64,000 bases of DNA, taken from an uncultured virus (IMG/VR IMGVR_UViG_3300044646_001246) (Duplodnaviria > Heunggongvirae > Uroviricota > Caudoviricetes). Shown piece after piece: positions 9,454-18,107 of this stretch. The notes under the pieces were generated by a model. The model saw only the letters and a program-made list of their open reading frames with translations, was not told the origin of the DNA and searched no databases. A program made the translations under genes and the position numbers. The stretch is from the IMG/VR virus record IMGVR_UViG_3300044646_001246; one strand, written 5' to 3'. How positions within the stretch are numbered: position 1 is the first letter of the stretch; every line of letters starts with the position of its first letter.

Positions 9454-9491
9454 CAGCCACGTCGGGAGTTACGTGGCTGTTCCTTGGGGGA

Positions 9492-10046
9492 TCAACTCAA
9501 AGCCTCGACCATCGCAGCCGCAGCTTTCTTGCCTGCTTCAATCGCCTCATCCAGCAACTGATTGGCAACCTCACTCAGATACCCGTTGTCGTCATCGTTC
9601 AATGCAATTCCACCGAGACAAGCGGCGTAGTCTTTAACCTCAACGCCACCCTTCGACACACACAGGACGATGCTGCACCACGTCCATCCGTCGTTGCACC
9701 ATTCCTTCAGATGATCGAAGTCACGCTGCACAGCACGTTCAGCACGCTCACCCGCAGTTCCCTCACCATAAGGCGGGGCGTCCCATCCATCACGCTTTGC
9801 GATCTTGATTGCTTCCTGCCAATCATAGAACCGGCAAGAACCACGATCTTCGACAAGGATCTTTTCGCCCGGACGCTTAGAGTCCTTTGGTCGCCACTCA
9901 GACACAGGGCCATGACCGTCATGCTCTTTCCAAGGTGGCCCCATGTCATCATCACGCTCGATCCGAGCAACGACTGTGAAGCCATCCTTTTCGCATGTGA
10001 TCGTTTCGCCCTCACAGGCATAGTCATCAAACTTTTCTGTGAACAA
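9492..10046 (-). CDS. hypothetical phage protein
   Basis: 184 aa; RBS AAAGGCGG. Confidence 0.75.
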   Translation of the reverse strand: MFTEKFDDYACEGETITCEKDGFTVVARIERDDDMGPPWKEHDGHGPVSEWRPKDSKRPGEKILVEDRGSCRFYDWQEAIKIAKRDGWDAPPYGEGTAGERAERAVQRDFDHLKEWCNDGWTWCSIVLCVSKGGVEVKDYAACLGGIALNDDDNGYLSEVANQLLDEAIEAGKKAAAAMVEALS

Positions 10047-10069
10047 GAGTCACCGCCTTTCGTGTGTGA

Positions 10070-10165
10070 TCACAATCCGCCAACAACATCAAAGTCGGGC
10101 GGTTCATCAAAGTCCCATCCCGCAGTTGGTCCATCACCATCGCCGTCATCATGCTCACTCACCAT
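10070..10165 (-). CDS. 31-aa acidic small ORF (MVSEHDDGDGDGPTAGWDFDEPPDFDVVGGL)
   Basis: Fills the gap, overlaps the upstream stop, RBS GGAGA. Confidence 0.45.
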   Translation of the reverse strand: MVSEHDDGDGDGPTAGWDFDEPPDFDVVGGL

Positions 10166-10356
10166 TTCGCATCTCCCATCCCATAAGCCTCAGCAAACTT
10201 CATTTCCCTCACACCCTCAGCCGCCACACTGTCCTTGTGGTACGCCTTCCGTGCCTTCGGGAAGTACACACACTCATCGCCCTTCTCAATCGCCTTGCCC
10301 GTCTCAGGGCACACGCTCTTGAATCTCGCCTTCAGAAAGTACGGATCACCTCGCAT
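10159..10356 (-). CDS. hypothetical protein
   Basis: RBS GGAGG; 65 aa. Confidence 0.7.
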   Translation of the reverse strand: MRGDPYFLKARFKSVCPETGKAIEKGDECVYFPKARKAYHKDSVAAEGVREMKFAEAYGMGDAKW

Positions 10357-10455
10357 CGCACAGCCCTCCGAAGTCAGTTGGAAACCAAATCATCACCACC
10401 AACCAAACAATCGTCGTCTCTGATCACTATCACGCACGCTCGATTAGCCACCCGC

Positions 10456-10575
10456 CTATCTTGTCATCAGAAAGTATTGCCAAGAACCACCTACCCATGA
10501 GCGAAACAGACCGCCGTTCGCCACTCCTCCACGAGCATAGTATTCACGCTTCGTGATCCTGATTGCTTTTGCCAA
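10456..10575 (-). CDS. 39-aa small ORF (MAKAIRITKREYYARGGVANGGLFRSWVGGSWQYFLMTR)
   Basis: RBS GGAGGTG before TTG; below the ORF-track cutoff. Confidence 0.6.
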   Translation of the reverse strand: MAKAIRITKREYYARGGVANGGLFRSWVGGSWQYFLMTR

Positions 10576-10590
10576 TGCTCACCTCCGATC

Positions 10591-10884
10591 TCACTTGCCG
10601 CCAATAGAACGCCACAGATGCTTAACAACCTTGCCCGCTTCTGATCCTTCAACGTCCTGACAGTTGTGCGGTCTCAACTCATCATGTCTCGCGGTGAACT
10701 CAGGCTTTCCCCATCCGCTCTCAACACGACGGCAGAAGAAACCATGATTCGCCACACCAAGCACATACACGCGTTGAGCGGCATTCGGCTTAGTCTCGAA
10801 GTCGCCCGTCGTGAACAACGCAGTCACCCAGTTCATTCGCCCGTCTTGGATTTTCTCCAAGGTCTGTTCATAAGCTGCTGCCAT
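10591..10884 (-). CDS. hypothetical protein
   Basis: ATG after GGAGGG. Confidence 0.65.
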   Translation of the reverse strand: MAAAYEQTLEKIQDGRMNWVTALFTTGDFETKPNAAQRVYVLGVANHGFFCRRVESGWGKPEFTARHDELRPHNCQDVEGSEAGKVVKHLWRSIGGK

Positions 10885-10901
10885 CCTCACACCCTCCCAC
10901 A

Positions 10902-10957
10902 CCAAGCGAAATTGCTTGAACGAGGACCGCCGCAGCGGCCCTCTATCGAGCAATCAC
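10902..10957 (-). ncRNA. two-hairpin leader RNA motif, copy 3
   Basis: GAGGGCCGC-UGCG-GCGGUCCUC then UCAAGC-AAUUUC-GCUUGG. Confidence 0.6.
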
Positions 10958-10991
10958 ACCACTCCACACACATTATCGCTACCGATAACCT

Positions 10992-12536
10992 CTACCCAGC
11001 CATACCCAGCAGCTTCCCTGCCGCCTTATCAATCGCCACACGCTCATTAGCCCAGCCACACTCCTGACTGACTCTGGTCAAACCACACACCATGCCCCAC
11101 ACGCTCTCAGGAACAAACTTGTTGCCCCTGAGCCTCGCTTCCTTCACTGACCAATCCCACGCACTCTCAATCGCCGTCTTCGTCAGGCCCAAAGACTTGT
11201 TCTTGAACAGCTTGTCAACGACCGCGTCTTTGCCGTCAGCGATCTTCATCCCGATCGCACTCATGATGACAGCACGTTCCTTGTCGGTCCCATTGGCTGC
11301 ATATCGCTGTAACGCTCGCTGAAGATCGCCAATCCACCTCGTGTTCGCCCGGCCCCTATGCACAAGCCGAACTTCAGTCACCTCACTCGCACCCCACACA
11401 ATGTGATTGCCACACACTGCGTCGTACAGGAACGTGGTCAGCGAGAAAGCCATATCGCCCACCTCGCTATTGCTGACGAAGAAGCCGCGATTCATCACGC
11501 TCCCGCCGATCTCTGTGCCGCCCTCAAGAACCATGAAAGCGAAGCAGTCACGATCACTGGCATACAATCCCGCAGGAGCAATCAGGTCGCCAACTTTCAC
11601 CGTCAGCCCACCGGCAACGCCGTCTTTGTTGTTCTTCAGCACGTCATCCTCAGTGGCTTTCCGTGCCCGAGGATCGTCAAAGTTCGCAGGTCTCGCTGGA
11701 GGCACACGCCATCCACGACTCTCGAACTCCTGAAGCCTTCCCACAACATCGCTATTCCAGATCCGGCTATACCCGCCGCTCAAGAAAGCCCCCACACGCT
11801 GGTCACTGGCTTCCTTCCTCACAAGCACGTTGCCGCTTCCCCCCAACACATCCCGATCCTTCTTTCGCAGCCCTGACTCAAGGCACTTGGCCGCCAGTTC
11901 ACCATCCAACTCCCGCAAGTAACCCGCAGGAGCCCCAGCAGTCTGACACAACTGCCCAAACGAGTAATGCGTAAACTTTGCCGGTCCATTCAGCCCGCCT
12001 CCCATGAGCAGCATATCGCCACGATCATTCACGACCTGGACACGCCCCAGATCCACACGCACCTCAGAACTCGCCGCCTTCCACTGCCCACACTGAGCAG
12101 CCATCTCGCCAACCGTCCAGAATCGCTCATCCGCAGGGCGAATGGCCCACTGACGACTCGCGGCAGTCAAATCAACCTTGCCTTGACCATTCGAACTCAC
12201 AGCACGCTGTGTAACGGTCACATTCACGCCGGACGGTACAAAACCCATCCCAGCACCAATCTTCGCGTCCTGCGTCACAGCAGGAGGAGCCACAACCACA
12301 ACAGCAGGAGCCACAGCCACTGAAGCCGCAGGAACCACAATCACCGCAGGAGCAACTTCCCCCGCATCCTCAGCATCATCCGCCTCAACTTTCCCCCATC
12401 CCACAGGCACGGCATCGGCGTAATCATCAGCATCAATCACGCCCACAGAAGCCGCGGTTTCCCCCATGCCCTTCAGCATGTCGTCCATCAACGCGTCCAT
12501 GTCCAAATCACTCAATCGCACGCCGTTCATAAGCAA
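10992..12536 (-). CDS. DUF932-like protein with low-complexity N-terminal extension
   Basis: NSEVG...F...VCGNH...H motifs and 'FGQLC...P.GYL'. Confidence 0.75.
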   Translation of the reverse strand: MLMNGVRLSDLDMDALMDDMLKGMGETAASVGVIDADDYADAVPVGWGKVEADDAEDAGEVAPAVIVVPAASVAVAPAVVVVAPPAVTQDAKIGAGMGFVPSGVNVTVTQRAVSSNGQGKVDLTAASRQWAIRPADERFWTVGEMAAQCGQWKAASSEVRVDLGRVQVVNDRGDMLLMGGGLNGPAKFTHYSFGQLCQTAGAPAGYLRELDGELAAKCLESGLRKKDRDVLGGSGNVLVRKEASDQRVGAFLSGGYSRIWNSDVVGRLQEFESRGWRVPPARPANFDDPRARKATEDDVLKNNKDGVAGGLTVKVGDLIAPAGLYASDRDCFAFMVLEGGTEIGGSVMNRGFFVSNSEVGDMAFSLTTFLYDAVCGNHIVWGASEVTEVRLVHRGRANTRWIGDLQRALQRYAANGTDKERAVIMSAIGMKIADGKDAVVDKLFKNKSLGLTKTAIESAWDWSVKEARLRGNKFVPESVWGMVCGLTRVSQECGWANERVAIDKAAGKLLGMAG

Positions 12537-12941
12537 TCCCCATCACAAAGCCACAGAACCAAGCCAGCAGCACCGAGCCACCAACCGACAACACAATCGT
12601 CGGCTTAGATCATTAACACGCCCACACACGCGATCAGCACCGCGCAACTCACCATCCCCATCACATCCCACCCCCATCACACGCCCGCGCGTACCCGAAA
12701 CACACACCCACACACGCATGTCGCGCTTTCTACGCTCCAATCGCGAAGCTCAGCCCGCCGTTTATTTTTACCGCTAACGGTAAGAATGACAAGAATCACG
12801 GCAGTTTTTCTGCCCTCCGCGACGTTATTGTCTGCAGTCCCGCCGTCATCGACGACGACGGGACCACCGAGAACCCTCCCTGCCAACCGATGGCAGGACT
12901 CGGAACCAAACAATCGTCGATTCAGATCAGGAAGTGAAACA

Positions 12942-13469
12942 ATGCCAACCGCAACAAAACGGAAAACGGGAGTCCTCACCCCGCTGCAACGCAGTGTTCT
13001 CGATGAATACTGGCAGGACATCTGCAGCATGATCTCCGCAACTTGCCACGCGAAAAACGCGGGACATCTCATCGACGAAGTCTTGGACGATGCAATCGCT
13101 CGAACAATTGCAGCTGTGGTCTCAAACGGACTCACGGAATCATCTGACATCGTTTCCCGCTCACGTTCCTGTGCCCTCGATGCCATTCGCACTATCATTC
13201 GACAACGCAATAACCGAACGCGCCACACTGCAGAACTCCGCGCTGAGATGACATCCCGCCACAATGGCGAGTCCCTGCCAACCGCTCGACTTGAGTTCTC
13301 CGCGCCGATCAGTCCTGACTTTCCACGTCGGACAATTGCACGGCGCAATTTCAGGCCGGAACTATTTCAGGCGGCAGTGACGATCACCACCGACAAGCTG
13401 GAAGACGGGACTATGTTCGCAGTCCCGACCCTGCAGTTCGCCTCATACGGCGCGGAGTTCTCGGAATAG
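12942..13469 (+). CDS. hypothetical protein
   Basis: ATG after AGGAAG; divergent from the early block. Confidence 0.6.
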   Translation: MPTATKRKTGVLTPLQRSVLDEYWQDICSMISATCHAKNAGHLIDEVLDDAIARTIAAVVSNGLTESSDIVSRSRSCALDAIRTIIRQRNNRTRHTAELRAEMTSRHNGESLPTARLEFSAPISPDFPRRTIARRNFRPELFQAAVTITTDKLEDGTMFAVPTLQFASYGAEFSE

Positions 13470-13565
13470 TCCCGCTCGCTCACGTTTACCCGTTCCCCTG
13501 GCATTGTGCTGGGGGATTCTTTCCCGCTCGTTTCAGTTCACATCACATCTCAAGGAATTCAGACC

Positions 13566-14078
13566 ATGAACACAAAGACAAGCACCACCGCCGCTATCGT
13601 TCCAACCGTTCCATCCCTCGAACAATTCACGTTGTCACTCACCACCCGCGCAGCCAAAGATCCTGCAGCACTCGCCATGCTCTGTGACATTACCGGCCGC
13701 GCTCGTTTGGCAGGATATACCGAACTCCTGCAGTCTTTCGCCACTCGAACAAAGACCACACTCGCCACAATCCTGACGGGGGTTTCCGAAGACGATATCG
13801 AAGCACTCAAGAAAACCCTCCCGAAAGATTCCCCGCAACGCGCTGCCATCGTCGAAGCTCTCAAGTCCATCCCCACCGCGCCGACGACCGCCATCGTTCC
13901 TGCAGGTTCAAAACAGTACAAAGACGGGACATCAAACGCAGAGACTCAATTGACCGTCACACTCAAGGGAACATCGTTCCGGGAGAACCATGGCGCGGCA
14001 TGGTGGCGCGCGTTCCTGACGGTAATTGAAGACGATCAGACAATTCAGACGATCAGAGAATTCATCGCGCAGCAATAA
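13566..14078 (+). CDS. hypothetical protein
   Basis: ATG after AAGGA. Confidence 0.7.
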   Translation: MNTKTSTTAAIVPTVPSLEQFTLSLTTRAAKDPAALAMLCDITGRARLAGYTELLQSFATRTKTTLATILTGVSEDDIEALKKTLPKDSPQRAAIVEALKSIPTAPTTAIVPAGSKQYKDGTSNAETQLTVTLKGTSFRENHGAAWWRAFLTVIEDDQTIQTIREFIAQQ

Positions 14079-14213
14079 CGCCACCACCGCTCACCCGTTC
14101 CCCGCTCGCATCGTGTGAGCGGGGATTTCTTCGTTTACGCTCACCATCGAAGCCATTGTCAGCATTCACCATGCTCGCACTGGCTTTTTTTATGCGCGCA
14201 CAGTTCTCCAGCG

Positions 14214-14810
14214 CGCACCAGCTCACCACCACCACCGCTCACCACCACTGGCATCATCTGCAGTCCTGCAGGGATCTCATTCGAGCAACAACGCAACACC
14301 ACCGCTCGACCGCCGCAACGATGCCACCGCTCGACCGCTCGACCTCACAATCCTTTTCCCTTCATTGTCAGCATAACCACAGGACCGGACGCAAGGTCTC
14401 ACCACCACCACCACCACCACCACCACCACCACCACCAACGAAGCACCGCCCAGCACACCACCCCAACAACCCACGAACGCACCAGCTCACCACCACCACC
14501 GCTCACCACCACCACCACCACCACCATCGAAGCACAGCCCAGCACAGCACAGCAACAACGCAGGAACGCAGCATTCCCCCACAACAACGCAGGAACGCAG
14601 GAACGCAGGGAGGGGTGGGTTATTAGTGTACAAAAATTCACTATTGTAGCCTAGGCTACAACTTTCCCGAAAATCGTCTACGCATGCTGACGGCGCAAAG
14701 TCCATCACCGCAACGACTTACGCTGTAGTGAGGACATATGCACACCCGAACACTATACCCGGTTTGCGTCATGATGGGCAGGATGGGCAGGATGGGCAGG
14801 GGGTGGGCCT
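14214..14810. repeat. low-complexity tract: 35-bp direct repeat (14214-14248, 14478-14512), (CAC)12 at 14400-14435, AACGCAGG tandems, (GATGGGCAG)3
   Basis: Read directly from the sequence. Confidence 0.9.
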
Positions 14811-15001
14811 TTGCCCTCGGCGATGTGGTTATATACTTAGCTCTAGTGGACGAAATTTTCCGCAATTTTCGAAATCCACCCCTTGCTATTTCCTTCGACT
14901 CCTCCACCTCACCTCCACCTTCCTTTTTGTTGTTCTTCGCTTGTTGCTTTGTTGCTGTTTTTGGTTTTGCGTCCTCTCTGAAATATCTGTCGCTTTGCCT
15001 G

Positions 15002-15030
15002 TTGACAATTATTTTCGGTAGCGGTAACTT
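15002..15030 (+). promoter_or_regulatory. sigma70-like promoter of the recombinase with an operator in its spacer
   Basis: TTGACA-17-TAACTT; operator at 15012-15027. Confidence 0.6.
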
Positions 15031-15123
15031 TTGTCGGCGGTGGCAAGTTTGGTTTCCGTAACCAGATGGAGCGATAGCCAATTCATGGATTGATTCACGA
15101 AACAATTGTTTGTGAGTCATGTA

Positions 15124-16350
15124 ATGTCTGTAGTTCAGTTGAGTGATTTTCAGTTTTGCTTTGATATCGGTTCAGTCAGTCCAATCCCTCATGGGCTGTT
15201 TCAGGAGCCACAAGATCAGGTCGTTGAAGTTGTGAAGGTTGTGAAACCGGAAGTGGTTGAGGCGAGAAGTTTGGTTGAATTGTACGGCGATTTATTGGCG
15301 GCCAGTGATTTGGAGAAACGGGTGTCAGTGAAGACGATCAGAGATAACCGATCTACACTCGACAAGTTCGAGGTGTGGGGAAACTCTCAGCATCGAGTTG
15401 TTGCTGGCCGACCGCTGAGCTTGCTTGAGCAGCCAAAGATTTTGCGGAGCTATGCGGAGTTCCTGCGGGCTCAGCCGAAAGGGAATTCGTCGGCGATGGC
15501 GAGCAAAGCCTGCAGTGCAATCGGCAAGCTGGCCGGGGCGTGTGTTCGGGCAGGAATGCTGAAGCAGAAGCCTGAGACGGTGAGCAAATCAACAATCAAC
15601 CTCATGAGACCGCTGAGCGAGGAGCAGAGACGAGTTAAGGCCGTTCCTGTGACAGTCGCTGAGTTGCAGGCAATGCTGTCAGTGGTAGACGGGTGTAAGT
15701 GGCCGCGACTGGGGAGCGTGAAGCCGTCCGTGTTCTGGCAGACTAACTTGCTGTCGCATTATGTTTACGGGTTTCGTTCGCAAGATTGGTTCGCTGCCCG
15801 ATCGTCTGAAAAGCAGGGTCTGCGGTGGTCGGGCGTGATCACAGAAAGCCAATGCCCATACCTTGATGATTTGCACAATGAGGCCGGGTGGGCTTTGTAT
15901 TTGGTCCACAAGACCGCCAACAAGGATGAGGCTGCTGATCGTCCGTCTGACGTGTTGGTGCCTTTGTCCTGGAAGATGCGAGAACTGATCGAGCAGTTCC
16001 GCGGGCTGGATACGGAGAGAGTGTTTCCGATGAAGAACAATTCACGGACCTATTCGGAAGAGTTCTCGAAACTATTGGAACGTGCTGGATTGTCGGATGA
16101 GATCAGACGCAAGGAGAAAAAGCCAATCATCCGCCTGAGTTTAGGTCAGCGGAAGGTGGCGAGCTTTCGCAAGGGATCGTCAGCATTGTGGGCGAAGTAT
16201 GTCAGCCGCGCGGCATCGAGCTACATGCTTCACCATGCAGTCAGCGAGGAAGGCGTTGCGAAAATGACCGCTGAATCGTACTTGCAGAGTGAAGAGATCC
16301 TGAGAGACATTGTCGCGAAGATTGAGACGTTGCCGGTGTGGTCGCTTTGA
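15124..16350 (+). CDS. tyrosine recombinase associated with the cassette array
   Basis: Helical N-terminal core-binding-like region; candidate catalytic R (YGFRSQD), K (HKT), SFRK, LHH, Y (AESY). Confidence 0.75.
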   Translation: MSVVQLSDFQFCFDIGSVSPIPHGLFQEPQDQVVEVVKVVKPEVVEARSLVELYGDLLAASDLEKRVSVKTIRDNRSTLDKFEVWGNSQHRVVAGRPLSLLEQPKILRSYAEFLRAQPKGNSSAMASKACSAIGKLAGACVRAGMLKQKPETVSKSTINLMRPLSEEQRRVKAVPVTVAELQAMLSVVDGCKWPRLGSVKPSVFWQTNLLSHYVYGFRSQDWFAARSSEKQGLRWSGVITESQCPYLDDLHNEAGWALYLVHKTANKDEAADRPSDVLVPLSWKMRELIEQFRGLDTERVFPMKNNSRTYSEEFSKLLERAGLSDEIRRKEKKPIIRLSLGQRKVASFRKGSSALWAKYVSRAASSYMLHHAVSEEGVAKMTAESYLQSEEILRDIVAKIETLPVWSL

Positions 16351-16446
16351 TATCGAAGTGGAACATCCGCTGTTCATGGCGGCATGAAGAAAACATTGAG
16401 GTTGTGGCTTAAAAGTGGTATCGCTGTTGTTTTGGGGAGATCGGAA

Positions 16447-16650
16447 ATGAAATACAAGATTAAGACGATTGATGAGGCGGAACAGTTTCGACCTTACGAG
16501 GTCACGCTGCTAATCGAGTCACGAGAAGAACACGAGATGTTCCACGACAAGATTGCGTGTCAAATCGCAAAGACTAGCCAGTTTATTGGTGACGTGTATG
16601 AGGCTGGCAAGAAAACGATCATCAACAGCGGAAGTGTCCCGCTGAAGTAA
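16447..16650 (+). CDS. cassette 1 hypothetical protein
   Basis: RBS GGGGAG; 67 aa; ends in site 16649. Confidence 0.7.
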   Translation: MKYKIKTIDEAEQFRPYEVTLLIESREEHEMFHDKIACQIAKTSQFIGDVYEAGKKTIINSGSVPLK

Positions 16651-16707
16651 ACGCGGTAATTGCATCCGCTGTTGGTCAAAAATCTGAGATATTTGTAGTT
16701 TCGTGTA

Positions 16708-16736
16708 TTGACACGAAAGCGATTGGCCGATACACT
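16708..16736 (+). promoter_or_regulatory. sigma70 promoter inside cassette 2, overlapped by palindrome TTTCGTGT-ATTG-ACACGAAA
   Basis: TTGACA-17-TACACT. Confidence 0.75.
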
Positions 16737-16781
16737 TGGTGTCAGTGGTGTGGAAGACAACGCAAGCCAAGGAGCAGAACG

Positions 16782-17045
16782 ATGATGACACAAGATCCAA
16801 TTACAATGTCAGTCGCTGATGCAATCGGAATGACAGTCGAGCAGGCAGAGTTGCAGCCAAAGACGGCCGCTAGACGTGCCGCTGCTGTTCTGCGAAATAA
16901 TGGGTTTGAGCGACGGGCATGTCATTTAGCGTGGGAGCGTGGCAGCCGGTGGTACAAATCTGGAAGCACTATTCCGCTTCCGGATCTATGTGCTACCTCG
17001 ATTCTTGGTGTCGCACTGTTGTCTGGCGACATTTCGGAGAAGTGA
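16782..17045 (+). CDS. cassette 2 gene A, hypothetical
   Basis: RBS AAGGAG. Confidence 0.7.
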   Translation: MMTQDPITMSVADAIGMTVEQAELQPKTAARRAAAVLRNNGFERRACHLAWERGSRWYKSGSTIPLPDLCATSILGVALLSGDISEK

Positions 17046-17050
17046 TCGAC

Positions 17051-17233
17051 ATGGCAAGACCGGCAAAGCCAAAAGGCACACACACTAGGACGACAGTGCG
17101 GCAACTAGGGCGAGTCGATGATGAGACATGGAATTTAATTCAGCAAGCAGTTGTGGCGTCAGGTGAGACGTTCACGGCGTGGGCTGTTGAAGCACTTGTT
17201 CGCAAAGCAAAGCGACAGTCAAAGAAGAAATGA
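17051..17233 (+). CDS. cassette 2 gene B, ribbon-helix-helix-like DNA-binding protein
   Basis: MARPAK...VRQLGRVDDETWNLIQQAV...FTAWAVEAL pattern. Confidence 0.6.
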   Translation: MARPAKPKGTHTRTTVRQLGRVDDETWNLIQQAVVASGETFTAWAVEALVRKAKRQSKKK

Positions 17234-17276
17234 GCAGCGGAACTTGTATGCTCTGTTGGTGCGAAAGGATGATCGA

Positions 17277-17567
17277 GTGACGAACGACGAAATCAAATCA
17301 GAACTCATAAAATTGGCAGCAGAATGTTTTCGGGCTGACCTGATGCCACCATTATTTGTGACCGACTGGGATTTGCCGAAATCGACGCCCAAGCGAGCCA
17401 GAGACGAAATCCAAGGGCACATGGCACAGGTTCGGCTGACCGCCAGTGGTTGGGGTCGGCGGTTGAAAGCTCTGGCCGATAAGCTACCGAAGTCGGATGC
17501 GGAACTAGGTCTGAAGCCGTACGGCGAATCGATAGCGAACTATCAGGCCGAAAATCGTAGGCAATGA
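17277..17567 (+). CDS. cassette 3 hypothetical protein
   Basis: GTG after AAAGGA, between sites 17233 and 17567. Confidence 0.65.
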   Translation: MTNDEIKSELIKLAAECFRADLMPPLFVTDWDLPKSTPKRARDEIQGHMAQVRLTASGWGRRLKALADKLPKSDAELGLKPYGESIANYQAENRRQ

Positions 17568-17600
17568 GGAGCGGAATTCCGTTCCAATAACAGGTGAACC

Positions 17601-17792
17601 ATGACAGTCGAAGAAAGAAAAACGAGCAGGCCAGATTCTCGCTGGAAGGCTGAACTGCTGAATCTTTACCGATCAGCGGAACGTCTTCGCGAGGAAATTC
17701 CGGAAGCGGCAAACATGGAATATCAGACTGGTATCATGATGGCCTGCGCAGCGATATGGCATCGAGTGACTGGCGAGGCGTTGGTGAAGTAG
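17601..17792 (+). CDS. cassette 4 hypothetical protein
   Basis: RBS AGGTG; between sites 17567 and 17791. Confidence 0.65.
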   Translation: MTVEERKTSRPDSRWKAELLNLYRSAERLREEIPEAANMEYQTGIMMACAAIWHRVTGEALVK

Positions 17793-17837
17793 GATCGGAT
17801 CGTGGTTTCTGTGTTGACGCTTTTGCGGGAGTTTTGA

Positions 17838-18107
17838 GTGATGGGACAGTACACACCGGGACCGTGGCGAGTCGGAGGCGTAGAGGATTTGCGGCACGGT
17901 CGAGGCAGGCAAATCGCAGCGGACGACGCGAAAATTTGCGTTGTGTATGGCGTCAGGGATTCTGATGTAAAAGCAAATGCCAGACTGATTGCAGCGGCAC
18001 CCGAAATGCTGGAGGCTCTCAAAATGGTTCTTCAGCATGGGCGAATCGACGACAGCGAAAACAGGATGGCAATGGTTGCCAGTGCAATCACAAAGGCGGA
18101 ACAGTAA
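17838..18107 (+). CDS. cassette 5, common phage small-protein family (TPGPW...ANARLIAAAP)
   Basis: Recognisable motif; between sites 17791 and 18106. Confidence 0.75.
   Translation: MMGQYTPGPWRVGGVEDLRHGRGRQIAADDAKICVVYGVRDSDVKANARLIAAAPEMLEALKMVLQHGRIDDSENRMAMVASAITKAEQ

Noticed and set aside
14115..14708. Poly-His/Pro/Val/Trp ORFs in the track
   Set aside because: Translations of the (CAC)n tract; no RBS or protein-like composition
16624..16646. Extra AACAGCGGA...CCCGCTGAA inside cassette 1
   Set aside because: Perfect left arm but the spacer is 5 bp and it lies in coding sequence; possibly a relic, not counted
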